A stretch of DNA of 60,274 bases from positions 1 to 60,274 of the forward strand of contig CBFFRP010000230.1 in NCBI GenBank assembly GCA_965644295.1, read 5' to 3'. Numbering within the stretch: position 1 is the first letter of the stretch; each line of letters starts with the position of its first letter. Shown here piece by piece: positions 1 to 12,315 of the stretch. Below the pieces are notes generated by a model that saw nothing but the letters and a program-made list of their open reading frames with translations, ran no database searches and was not told the origin of the DNA. The position numbers and the translations under genes are program-made. This DNA comes from Paraphysomonas bandaiensis. Taxonomy: Eukaryota; Protista; Chrysophyceae.

Positions 1-3000
1 AGTAATTTGAGTAACAATCACGACAATGAAAAAGACTACAAAACAGAGAAAGTGCCGCTTGAGACACGGCTACAATCTGTTACTAGAGCTCTAAAGTCTG
101 CGTCAGCAGTGGTTATCTTGATGCGAGATCTATACGGGCTCCCTCATGCACTTGAACCGATTATGGCTTTCTGGACAGTGTGTAATACCTGCTTAAACAT
201 CATATCTGAAGCACTATTTTCTGGTCTAGTGCGCATGGTTGTGGCCCGTATGTGTGCATCAGCCGTGTATCAACTGATCTCTATGACATCCCCGTCTCCT
301 CAGGATCTTTCTGCACTTGTGCACTCTCCTCAATTAACAACGACAAGTGCTGATTTTTCTCTGAATTGCTCTCTCAGCGAATCACGCATACTGAAGCCGT
401 CGTCGAACTGCATGACCTCTCCGTCGCCCATATGGAAGCAAATATCGTATGTAATAGTAGGATTACAGTTTTTGATACACGGAACGGTGTGCGGGGACTT
501 TCCAGATTCAAGTGAGCGATCTCTAAGGTGGGTAAGTAGCATTCATCAATGTCGATTTTAGTTGTTTATATGTAGTATGTTTGTGTGGTCCGAAATAATA
601 GTTTGATATGCATGCAGTCAATTGCTTCCACGCCAGAGCGAATGGACTGTCGCACTTCACGATGCGCTCATGGCATCTCTCCAACCGAATGCATCTGATG
701 TACTCAAAGAAATGTCTTCTGTTCTAGGAGAATTATTGTTTTTGTGTCTACTTGCCCAGCCATCCCCTAATGAACGGAGCTGTGTTGTGGAATCTGCTTG
801 GGACTATATATTTTCCGAGCTTGCAGAGGTATTACCTAAGTAGTAGTCTGAGCGATATTATTGCGTATATATCTTCTGCTAGAATAGTTAACTTGCATAT
901 ATATGATGCTATTTATTGTGCATATACTTTAATCTTCCACTGATTCTTCTTTTTCAGCACTTAACAAAATTCAGCGACTCGTGGTTGAAGAAGAACAACT
1001 TTGTGAATCGTTTGAATCAAATGTCAACTTCTATTAATAGTCGCTTTTCGGGGCGTCCTCCATCTAATGGAACGCACAATAGCTGTCGAAGTGTTGATTC
1101 CAGTGTAGATATCACCCAAAGTCGCCCAAGAAAGTTTAGCACTGGTGGAAGGGTATATAGCCCTCATATTGCAGCTAGAGAATCCGCCGCTCAAGCGAGT
1201 GGGGAAAGTGTTTACACTGTAGGTGATAATGTAGACTCTCTTTGCACTGTACAGAATGGATCTCAACGGTGGTTTCCGGGCACAATAACATCTCGTGCAT
1301 TACAATCTCCAGGCGTCAATAATGAATCAAAATTGTCATTTACGTTTACATACAGCATACTATTCACTGATGGGGACAAGCGTGATAACGTGAGTGCATG
1401 CAATATACGTATGACCAAAAACCGAAGTAGAATATCGAGTCGTATTTCGACAGGGCGAGTAGATTTATCTCAAAGTACAGCCCAAGATATATCAAGAGAT
1501 ACTGATTCGAGAAAGGATTCTTACCCGGCATCAAATGGCAACAGCCCATCGTCATCGACTTCTCCTCTCCCGAAAGAAACTTTTGCCGATTTTATCAAAC
1601 CCCAATCCCAGGGAGTGGGATCACCTAAATCGAAAGGTGAAGCTTTTTTTCAATCTGAAGATCGTATCAGTGGCAGCTCTGAAGATGATGAAGAAGATAA
1701 TGGTATATTTGAAATCCCTATGGTGTTGAGTCGGCCAAGTAGTTCGAATACTTCGGAGGACTGCCTGAATGATGGTTCCCCACCTATATCTCTACCCTCT
1801 TTAAAGTCCGGCATTGTCGTACCACGTATGCACTTTGAAAACTTAGATCTATCATCTGCAGTGGATCATGGAGTGGGTGGCTCTCTTTCTGGATCCTTGC
1901 TGAGGGAGTCGTCTAAGGGAAGCATTTTTGAAGATACGACGTATGATACAAGATGTGATGCGTCTTCACGAGGTACCGTGGATAAAGCAGTTGATGATTA
2001 TGTGAAGGATGATTCATTGAGTAGTATAACTCGCGTGGAGTCATGGCGTGATTCTGCGGGTTGGACGACACGTCGTTCGTCGGGTTATGGTTTGCCAAAA
2101 TCAGGACGCATGCCGTCTCATTCGTCAAGTAGCTCATTAGCGTCGCTCATGCAGATATCTAACACGCAGTCAAGTCAAGATGCATTGAAGTTGATTCAAG
2201 TTGCTGTGAACGATGTGACAATGGAAATCAAGTGGATGAATGGGTTAAGTAGTACGTTTGAAACTATTGTGAATATTCTCCTTTATCGGGTTCTCTCGGA
2301 GCCTAATTTCCGTAGGAACATCGCCAGAAGCACCAACATTACTAAATCTGTGGATGTGAATAATTCCTCTGAATCCACGAGTACTCCGTCGCGAGCAATA
2401 TCTTTGGCACCCGATTATGCAGGTGCAATTTTTGATTCGACAGCAGAAAGCATACCTGGTATGCTGGTACAGCAACTTTTATTCGGAGTGAGGGTCTATT
2501 TATCACTTGACATTGATGACATTTCCATTGCGAAAATAATGTCAACGTCCTCTTACATAGGGCCCGCAGCGACCCGTTTACTTAAGTTATCCTCACCTGC
2601 GTTTTTCTCCTCGTCGTGTTTACCTTCGCACACGAGGGACTGTGACAAAATAGCAAGTGGATCATTCGGAAATGTATACCGGGTTAAGTGTCCGGCTGAA
2701 TGCCTATACTCATGTCAGGGAAAAACGAACTGTACGCGGTTAAGCGCGTCACTAGAGAACGGTCGATCCATGATTCCCCTATTATTTTTGACGTGTTTTC
2801 GGAAATAACCTGTTTGGAAGTTTTGGCTAATAACCGTGGTGTATGCGATCTCGTGAACTTTGGAGTGCATGAGAGTGAGTTTTGGATTGTAATGGAACAA
2901 GGGAAGTGTGATATGAAAGACTGGATAATGCGAATGGCGGAAATTGGCTGTTGCGGTAATTCGTCTCTCGCAGAACAATGTAGTGCGGAGCTCAGTCCTA

Positions 3001-4730
3001 TAGATGAGCTGATATTAAAGCTGTGTGTCTTCGCCGAGTGTGTATCTATAGTCAGTTCTGTTCATGCCAAGCGTATTGTGCACTTTGACATAAAGTGCAG
3101 TAACTTTATCATACGAAATGAACCGCAATTAAATCAAATGATTGACGCGGTATTGATGAAGAAATTGTCTGGAAGTATACTTTTGGGTGACTTTGGGGAG
3201 TCTATTCACCTAGATGAATGCAACTTTGGACACAAACTTATGAAGCGAAGCAGAGGCACTCTGCCGATACAGAGCCCGGAAATGTTAAGTACGAATGAAG
3301 GCTTCCAGGGAATTAGAAATGGTCGAATTCGTGTGAATTTAGAAGATCCTTCATATGGGTGTGATGTGTGGTCATTGGGGTGCATGCTATTCGAGCTTGA
3401 AACTGGAAAGTTTTTATTTGAAAACAAGTCATGGACTGAGCTATTTTGCATGTTATGTGTTGACAAATTTACGCCCCCAGATGTCGTTGCACAACTTAAG
3501 AAGTGCGGAACTGAGGTTGAACTTTCGTCAGTTGAAAGTTCTTTTACTCTTATTTCCAGCATTATTGAAATTGCTCTCCAGCAAGTGCCAGAGGATCGAA
3601 CTTCTTTAGTCAAATTAGAATCCATTGTCCAGAACTATATTCGTCAACTACTGTCAATACGTTCTATAAAAGAGTGTTCTATGACACTTGCGAGTATTAC
3701 GTCGGCATATGTAGATACCATTGATTCGCATACCGTTACAAGTAATAGCCCGTTAGGTGTGGATGAACCATTGATGGCGCACCACTTGAGACCTGCAACG
3801 AGTGGTAGTGCGCTACACAAGTATCAGCGTGATACAGTGGTAGCATGCGAAGGCTCGTGGCTGGTAGGCACTAATGTGGCATTCAGTATTGGTCCCTCCA
3901 GTACAGGCATTGCTGATACATCTGAGCTTCCGATAACAATATGTGAATTATCCAATTCTTCAAATTTTAATACTTCTTTTGAACCCAGCGTATCAAGTCA
4001 CATGATTACCAGAATACCTGGTGTGTTTGCAATTCCTGATCATTTATCATCAGCGGATAAAACCCCTCACCCTTGTGTCATGAATCGTAGCAGTGTCGCA
4101 ATAAAACAAATGACTATGAGGTGTATATGGAATCATTTTAAATTTTCTTTTCCTGCTCTTTCTTTTGTTCAAACGATCACTAATGGGATGGACTACGAGA
4201 ATATTAGTACAATTAGAATTGCTCCTTCTAGGACGAAAACTTGTGATGAGATGACTCGTGGGTATTATTGTTATTCTTCAAGACCAGGTTCCCAGCACGA
4301 CTGTTTCCTCCATGATGAGATGGACTTTGGATCTGTTGCAGAGTCCATGAAAGCAGCTTTGAAGTTTTCACTTAGCGAAATTAGACTTGGAAGATGTGTA
4401 GCTGTATATATCGACACCGTAGCACTTAAGGGAGATAAAAGTGTAGGTGGTAAGGGTTTGGGCCCATCGTCATCGTTCAAGAATTCGGCGACTTCGCAAT
4501 CTTGTAACTCTGTGTCATCGCGCCTCTGCATTACGGTCGGCGTATTAATTGCCTGTTCGACTCATTTTGCTGCCGACGGGTCGTGTATACCTGCATGGGA
4601 GTGTATGATGGGAATTGAAAGTAAAATATCTATTCTTACCAGCAAACTGTTTCCTTGGATGGTCCCATTGTTGGATATAGATCTGTATAACAGGCTCTGT
4701 GGATGTGTTTTTAATCGTTCGAATACTTAG
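1..4730 (+). CDS. Multi-exon Ser/Thr protein kinase with Tudor/Agenet-like domain; probably 5'-partial; frame change near 2720
   Basis: Introns approx 532-618 and 829-957. Tudor-like segment YTVGDNVDS..WFPGTI..YSILFTDGD. Gly-loop IASGSFGNVY lies in ORF 916-2808, while YAVK, HFDIKCSN, DFG, GTLPIQSPE and DVWSLG lie in ORF 2700-4730. Confidence 0.85.
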
Positions 4731-5582
4731 CGTTTCAAATGTATTGCGCAACACATTTGAAACAATATAAAGTATAGTATTTTTTTTCTGAATTTCTATA
4801 TATGGTACATGCTACAGTTTATATGTCTTGTATATGACCATATAGTAAATGATACCTTCACCAATTTCGTTTTGATACTCGTTTTAATAATAGAATATTA
4901 TTTTTACTGGATGGTCATAATTCTGAAATTTAACACAATAACAGACGAACTCTATTCATACAACCAATCACAAGATTGTCAACGCAATATTTTCAGAAAC
5001 AATATACATGACTTAATAGCTCATTACATGTACAGGAAGAGGTTGCTATAACAGAGATGCTCCCTCTCATATATATATCCATATATAGTCATATCGGAAG
5101 GGTCATACAGAGCTCAATATGTATGTAAATTAGAATCAACTCCAACTAGTAACACCGTCTCTGCAGTGGTTGCAGTTATGATATATATTGCTACATCTAT
5201 AGATGGGGAGTGAGATATCAGCAGGCAGCATATCCTCTTATCGCCTCGGCTGGACGACTAACAGTGTAGATATTGGGGCAACCGGGATATATTGCACTAT
5301 CAAACGGGCTACATACGACAGAAGCACTTTTTTTCTTCATACACATACACAACTGGCAGTATACCGTATACATCTAGCGGTGTGTACCTCAATATGTACC
5401 TGTGGATATTATATACTCTGTACCTCTGTACTGCAGTGTACTGTGACCAGTATATCATGCTATTACAGTTCAGGACACATGCATATATCACGACTACGAG
5501 CAACACTCGACATATTCCATCCAATCACCAACCCACACCACCAGACACTGTATCCATTATCCTCTATATCCATTCCACCTCC

Positions 5583-6554
5583 ATGGAGCCGACAAGTAGC
5601 GTCTATCTGTTTCCCTATTCCGATAAATCTATAGCTGTATTAGGAGACACGAAACCCATTAAAGACCATCTCAAGTCACTGGGAGGTAGATTCAATAAGT
5701 CATTAAAGGGGCCCAATGATACCACTCAGCCTGGATGGATATTTATGGTGAAGTCGAAGCCTGCACTCGAGCAGCTGATTGCTCAGAAGTGTTCGGGGGG
5801 TTCATCTACAGACACACATACAGATCGTACAGAACTTATAGATAGCGCAGATCATACAGATATTGCGACTGAACCAGTGGTATCGTCCGCTGATGCTGTT
5901 GCTAAGAACATTACTTCAAATACATCTTGTCATTCCAGTCAAACTTCAGCAATCACTATTGTTCCATATTCTGAAAAATCTGTAGCTGTATTTGGTGACA
6001 CCAAGCCCGTCAAGGATAACCTGAGAGCACTCGGTGGAAGGTTTAACAAATATCTCAAAGGGCCAGATGGAGCCTCTCAACCAGGATGGGTGTTTATGAA
6101 CAAGATGAGGCCAGAATTGGAACAGCTTCTCTCCATGAAGTGCAAGTCGAATGGCCCGAATGATACATCACAGGTCACAACTGAGGCCACTAAAACTTCT
6201 CATGATCCCGACGCTGACCCGATTCGATCTACGTCAAGTGCGTCCATTGATGCATCGAAATCATCATCCCCTATTACAATTGTTTCTTATTCTGAGAAAT
6301 CCATAGCTGTATTTGGAGATACGAAGCCCATAAAAGACGATCTCAAGTCTCTAGGAGGAAGATTCAATAAATCTTTAAAGGGTCCCAATAATACCACTCA
6401 GCCTGGGTGGATATTTATGGCTAAATCGAAGCCTGCACTCGAGCAGCTGATTGCACAAAAGTTTCCATCTACGCGTGGTGGTAGCAATGATGAGGGGGAA
6501 GTAGGGAAAAAGAGACAACGTACACACGATGATTCGGGTAGTGATACCGAGTAG
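5583..6554 (+). CDS. Intronless protein with three copies of a ~60-aa domain (YSEKSIAVFGDTKPIKDxLKxLGGRFNKxLKGP..GWIF) and a C-terminal basic NLS-like motif
   Basis: Three repeats are visible in ORF 5292-6554. Likely start is MEPTSS at 5583. KKRQR lies near the C-terminus. Confidence 0.8.
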   Translation: MEPTSSVYLFPYSDKSIAVLGDTKPIKDHLKSLGGRFNKSLKGPNDTTQPGWIFMVKSKPALEQLIAQKCSGGSSTDTHTDRTELIDSADHTDIATEPVVSSADAVAKNITSNTSCHSSQTSAITIVPYSEKSVAVFGDTKPVKDNLRALGGRFNKYLKGPDGASQPGWVFMNKMRPELEQLLSMKCKSNGPNDTSQVTTEATKTSHDPDADPIRSTSSASIDASKSSSPITIVSYSEKSIAVFGDTKPIKDDLKSLGGRFNKSLKGPNNTTQPGWIFMAKSKPALEQLIAQKFPSTRGGSNDEGEVGKKRQRTHDDSGSDTE

Positions 6555-7303
6555 TCATTGCATTTGTTGTTGTGAGTTTTTTGCATCCTTCGATAAATTC
6601 TTTTTATCTTTACGAAGTTAGGAGTGTTGTATTTGGAGAGTGTTTCGTTAAGTCTTGTAGCTAATGTAACGAATTACTTTTCATGAATTTTTGAGACTCG
6701 TGTTGAGTGTTGCTGTTTGTGGACGATTATAAGCTGTAGGCTGTAGTGTCAAGGAAGTTGAATATTTAAATCATATCCTCCAATGTTCAAAGAATACCGT
6801 GATGGTTGACTGTAGTATAAGAAATAAGAACTAATATCATGATAGTAATTAATTTTTATGTCATATATTAGTTTTTAGTGTATATATACTTCATCAATAC
6901 AACTTCAAATTATATACTATAAAAATCGTATTGAATAAAGGTCGATTCTAAACATTTTTGTTGACATGCAATCGTTTGGTTAGTAGGAAAATACTTAACT
7001 CATGAAAGAATATTTGTAAGTACATCTGGCTGCGATTAGCTTACTCAAAACGCTTCGATAATAATGCTATTGATGTCATCAGCATGACCCATCACATATA
7101 CGTAGCCTAGAGCCATGAATAACTACAAAAAGCAAGGACGACAACGCACACAACAACCGGACGCTGAAATAAAGTAGTCATAGATACTACCCTGCCCTCA
7201 CATCGGCATGACTACTTTAAATACGCTAATTGCTACCACTGATAAAACAATAGACCAAGTAGCAGATATCTGAGAAGTGCAGCTACCAAACTTGGTGATT
7301 AAG

Positions 7304-8654
7304 CTAGTACATGGTGAACCGTATTATAAGACCTATAACTGCCAGCCCAGCCACTAAAATAAGCGGCAAGTATTGTTTAAATAAGGCCTAAATCACAAAA
7401 TTAACAGTGTACACAAGAAACAACGAAAAAAGTAATGCGCCACAAATGCATATCTTACCATTGCCGACAGTTTCTTCGCCCCCCATTTGTATTTCTTGCT
7501 GTCTTCTGCTAGGGATTTCGACATCATCGACATGTCTACAATGAAATGTCAGATCAGATGTATATTTCAACCCTACAACAAAATATATCAGTACCGTCCA
7601 ACTTGTTCCCTCTGTCCAATACGTCATCAATAGTTTTTCTCATAATATTATGAATGCTTTGAAGGTCGTCATTTAGTTTCTTCATATTAGATGACGAGTT
7701 CGGGTCCAAGTAATCGCGACGTTTCTTTTGAATGACACGATCTAAAGAATACAAACACAAACACTAAGAAAGTGCAAATTTCTAATGCACACATAAGTCA
7801 TCCCAACATAGCATCGACATCGCTTGAACCCATGTTTTAACGTACCAAATTTAATGAAAGCATACTGCCTACCCACAGTTTCCACAGTCCTTAACCAACT
7901 GAATTCAATGAATAATTAGCACATATATAGGGTCAGAGAACACGGTACAGATCTACACAGCGATGTACCAAACAAGCAATGTAGTAGACATAAGATTAAG
8001 CACTATCAGTTACTGCAGATAACAACCCTTATAATACACTTTTAAAATGATATATAATTGGCAACACAAATCTGTAACATATCGCATATCAATGAACTTA
8101 CTCATCTCCATATTCCTCTCTTAAGTCGGCCTCGAAGTCTCTACATATTTCCTCCAGAAATAAAAATGCAAGCCGCTTTGGATAGGACTTGTCCGTAAGT
8201 GTGAGGTAGCAAATACCATCATTTATCATGTAGCTACAGCACAATATTATATCACGTACGACTAAACATAATCAAATATCACATAAACAAATTGTCTAAG
8301 CATCACATTTAATAATATAAATAAATAATCAAATATCATTGCAATTATCTTACTGGAAAATATAAGGATTGGACTCGATGCTCATCTTAGCGGTGGATCG
8401 AGGGTTCAGTTTCTTAAGAATTTGTTTGGCCTGCATAAAAATAATGAAACTGAATACTAAACACGCATAAATAATATCATTATATTGACCTGGTTTTTAA
8501 ACAAATCCATTTGATCGGATGGAGTTGATGAGCTGTGCTCCATAGAGGCCACCTTATGACAACACCTCATCAATAAGATACACACTACAGCATATTAACA
8601 TACCAGAATAAGGCCATCAGTGACACGCGCGATGTAGATATTTTCAATCGGCAT
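7304..8654 (-). CDS. SEC22: SEC22 longin R-SNARE, multi-exon
   Basis: Spliced by eye: MPIENIYIARVTDGLILVASM..CYLTLTDKSYPKRLAFLFLEEI..YAFIKFDRVIQK..IMRKTIDDVLDRGNKLD, then a C-terminal TM segment LPLILVAGLAVIGLIIRFTMY*. Confidence 0.93.
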
Positions 8655-9418
8655 CTTATTCTTGATATCTACGGGTTTGGCTGATTGTGGAGGTCAGTAT
8701 ATTCTCCTTAGCTTATAATTCTAATCGCCTCTCACTGCACTCTGTGCATATATGCATACATACACTCCTGCTGCCTGTGTACACATACATACATACAGAG
8801 TACCAAGATCCCCGTACACACAGCGGAGAATATACAGCACTCCTCTACACTCCGTCCCGGCCTTCTACGGTACCCTACCGCTATGCAGCCGCACTCCAAA
8901 AACACGATTTCCTGTGTCACCAGATATCTCAAAATCTGGGTTTTATTTAGGAAAAATTCACCGAAATTGAAACTTTCATCTGAAATTTTTGTAATAATTC
9001 CATCAAATTTCTTCCAAAACTCCACAAACTCTCATCAATTTTCAACAAATATCTTCCTCCTGCAATATTCCATATCGCAGTATTCCGGTATTACGAGTAT
9101 TCTTCCAGAAGAAATCAAATTCTATTGTATGAAAATCTATGGAACATCTAGAGTACATCGAACCCATATCTGTCTGTATACATATATACATATACTAGAA
9201 GATGTGATGATGTACGTACAAGGCCTGTATGTATGTATATGCCAGGAACATGCTGCTGCGAGGAACAAACATGTGACATAACAGCAACCTAAGTGTTCAT
9301 ATATACATGTATGCTCCATACACATAATAGTCCCGATCATTCATATCAACACTATCTATTACATCTATCTCTTGTATAAGGATTCAAGTCTTATCATCAG
9401 ACTATCATACTTGCAGTC

Positions 9419-11371
9419 ATGCATACAAAGAAACTCGAATCAGATGTATTAACTGATAACAAAATATCGAATAATCTCTTCGGCACTGTACTACTGTTCA
9501 CTGTAGCATATGTATGGTTCTCTCAGTGCATTGGTGAGTGTTGGAAGGCAGCTGATAAGGAAGAACTCTCTGCGTGGTCTATTCGTCCTCATAATCAGAG
9601 CGCAGATAAAAATAATTTTCAGTTTGCTCTGATTAGCGCAGCGACTCATACTCTTGTTTTGATTGGTGGTGTCTTATTGTGTAACTACTCGTCAATTATG
9701 TCCAAAGAGCTCTTTCAGTCTTCTGCTCTCAAGGCAACCGGGCAGTGGGGAATAATTTTGACTACAAGTGTTCTATTTTTTATTGCGTGTCAACAGTTCT
9801 TCCGCACTTGTTATGAAAGCGGAACGGGCCTTGTGTACACATTCGCAGCGTCCTACTTTTATGATCTTCCGTCTTCTTCTCAGCCATTTTCCATTATGTC
9901 TTCCATTTCATATTCCTCTTGGCTCGCTTTCGGTGTCTTGGTGCAATACCTGACTGCGAAGCATCAGTCACAAATTGAATTATTGTCGAAGAAGTGGGCG
10001 CTACGAATTGCTCTGTGCTTTGTGGCGGCTGCTGTGATATCAAGATATGTATTTTTCCCTCTCTGGGAAAACTCAGTTCGCCCCACTGTTGATATTACCC
10101 CTGACACATTCCATGGTACTTTCTCTCTTATGTCAACCTTGTCCCACACTTTTGTGTTGGTTCTTGGTATACTGCTCGCCCAGGCTAGACTTCCGTCGAC
10201 ATCAAAGCTTTTCTCCTACTCAAACATATATTCTCTTCTTGCAATGGTGGCATTGACTATGTGTATAGCTGGCGTGTTTTGGGGCAACCGATACATTGCT
10301 CCTTCAGGTCCGATATTTACATGGACTTTTATGCCTAGCGTCTTCCTGCGGTGGATTTCCATGTCAATCACCACAACATTAACATCATCTCCCTTTGCAG
10401 TATGGGGAACAATTGCTGTTGGTTATGCTATTGAACGCGCTCTGTCTTCTACTCACACTTCTAAAACTACTCATGTGGTTCCTCATGTATCTCAACGTGT
10501 TGCTGATATAACTGGTACTGCAATTGTTTTGCTCGGCACGGTTGCTGGACTCTTGCATCCGGAGCCATATGTGTACTACACATGTTTAGTGACAATGTCT
10601 ATTTTTATGGTTGGTGGAGTTTTGCTTGGCGCACTTCTGATGCATGGATTATTTCGATTCGGCGGTCCGAAACTCCAGAGTTATAAAATCCAACCGCCTA
10701 AATACGTCTTGGAAGTGAAAGAGACAGCGAGAGCGATGTACGTTTTTGCACTGTTAGCTTCATATCCATTTGCACAGTACAGGATGGGAATTCCTATTGC
10801 TATTAAGTGGTCACTCGCTGAAGCACAGCCTTACGCCCCCGAAAGTGTGGTACTGTATGCCTTCACTGTGGCGTGTGTGACACTACTGGTTGATATGTAT
10901 ATGTACATAAAGCATTACGTATTTCACTGCCCGGAGCTGTTTGCATTCCATCGCACGCACCACACCTTTCACGACCCTACGCCTTTTGCAGGATTTGCAG
11001 TGCACCCGCTGGAGGCCCTTGTTACTTTCGGGCCAGTATTGACATTGTGCAACGAGAAATTGGTAGTGTGGGGTCAGGCATATGCCATTTGGGTGACATT
11101 TTTTGTTATTCTCAATTTCTATCTGCATTCTGGATATGAGATTCCTATTATCGAGAAAACTCTGCCTATGCTGTTCATCAATACCTCTTGTTTTCATAAT
11201 ATGCATCATGAGCGCACCGTAACAAATTTTGGTGAACTCTTGTATTTGTGGGATTATGTATTCGACACGGGGTATCATAAATATGGCTATAATAAGAGAT
11301 CGACGGCTGAAATTCCTAATGTCCGAAAAGCTAACGTTTTCTTGACTGGGAAACATGCGAAGAGTATGTAA
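9419..11371 (+). CDS. Fatty acid hydroxylase/sterol desaturase superfamily protein (C5-desaturase-like) with long multi-TM N-terminal extension
   Basis: His boxes HYVFH, HRTHH and HNMHH, plus PTPFAGFAVHPLE and NFGELLYLWDYVFDT. Single 650-aa ORF. Confidence 0.85.
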   Translation: MHTKKLESDVLTDNKISNNLFGTVLLFTVAYVWFSQCIGECWKAADKEELSAWSIRPHNQSADKNNFQFALISAATHTLVLIGGVLLCNYSSIMSKELFQSSALKATGQWGIILTTSVLFFIACQQFFRTCYESGTGLVYTFAASYFYDLPSSSQPFSIMSSISYSSWLAFGVLVQYLTAKHQSQIELLSKKWALRIALCFVAAAVISRYVFFPLWENSVRPTVDITPDTFHGTFSLMSTLSHTFVLVLGILLAQARLPSTSKLFSYSNIYSLLAMVALTMCIAGVFWGNRYIAPSGPIFTWTFMPSVFLRWISMSITTTLTSSPFAVWGTIAVGYAIERALSSTHTSKTTHVVPHVSQRVADITGTAIVLLGTVAGLLHPEPYVYYTCLVTMSIFMVGGVLLGALLMHGLFRFGGPKLQSYKIQPPKYVLEVKETARAMYVFALLASYPFAQYRMGIPIAIKWSLAEAQPYAPESVVLYAFTVACVTLLVDMYMYIKHYVFHCPELFAFHRTHHTFHDPTPFAGFAVHPLEALVTFGPVLTLCNEKLVVWGQAYAIWVTFFVILNFYLHSGYEIPIIEKTLPMLFINTSCFHNMHHERTVTNFGELLYLWDYVFDTGYHKYGYNKRSTAEIPNVRKANVFLTGKHAKSM

Positions 11372-11675
11372 GTATTACAGCAGTAGTGGATCACGCTGAT
11401 ATTTCAAACTGGTGAAAATTTGTCATTGGAATTCGTATTCTGCTATTGTAACTTGTTTGTGTTCATCACAACGAGATTTATATTTAGTCGTATTTATCAT
11501 TTGTCCCTTTTCAATATCACATTGGAAATATTAATGCACTGGTGTCTATACCCTTTTCTACATTTTGATAAAGTCAAGATAAATAATATGTATTTGATTC
11601 TCAGTTAATTCTTTCGACAATCTCTAAAAGCAAATTCTCTCAATATATTGTACTATGCAACTGTTTATATGAGAG

Positions 11676-11830
11676 TCTTATTATTAGCAATAGGCGTCAA
11701 AAATCAGCACTAGATGAAAACTAGTCAAGCTAGATAGACGTCTACTTGTAACTCACCAGTACAATTTCTCATATCCTACAATTATATAACACTATGAAAG
11801 CTGCTTGTGTATAACCGCATGCAACGGTTT
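11676..11830 (+). repeat. Dispersed repeat family A, diverged copy
   Basis: gtcttattattagcaataggcg..ctagtcaagctaga..aagctgcttgtg aligns with 29746-29936 and 30097-30285. Confidence 0.85.
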
Positions 11831-12164
11831 GAATGCTTTTAATATATATATATATATTTATTTTTCCGGGATACTATGAGGTCGCATTGTCGCATTTATA
11901 GCCTGCGCACTCATATCCAAATGCTTGTGTGGTTGTGTGGTAACATGCATACCGTAGATGTCTTTGAGCCCTGACGAAAAAACAGGCATCCGGGAATGGG
12001 CCCAACTGAAGAGCATCAGAGGTACTAGGCTGCCTACTGATAGGCTGCCTACTGAAGTCAAGCATCGGGCCTGTTCACCTCTTAAGGACTCAAAATCCAG
12101 AAGTTTGCAGATGTCAGATGTATCAACATTCTAATTACTCACTGCATTTGCTTTGAGTGATAGA

Positions 12165-12315
12165 GCGAAAGGGGTTGTACCTTGGTGCTTGCGATGACGC
12201 ACAAGCAGCTTTCGTGCGCTATATAGTGTGATATCAGAGGTAGCACTAGATTGCAATGCTAAATTAGTTCTGACTCGTGAACGCCTATTACTATTAATAA
12301 GACATTCACTACTAC
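12165..12315 (-). repeat. Dispersed repeat family A, inverted copy
   Basis: ggttgtaccttggtgcttgcgatgacgcacaagcagctttcgt..acgcctattactattaataagacattcactac is the reverse complement of family A. Confidence 0.85.

Noticed and set aside
2683-2744. 62-nt GT-AG intron as the fix for the kinase frame change
   Set aside because: It restores the frame but removes YAVK with the catalytic lysine. It is disfavoured but not excluded without RNA data.
5292-5582. N-terminal ORF extensions and small ORFs in TACA/TGTA-rich promoter regions (also 8687-9340, 14502-14940, 50017-50529)
   Set aside because: These are Y/I/H/T/C-rich translations of low-complexity non-coding DNA.
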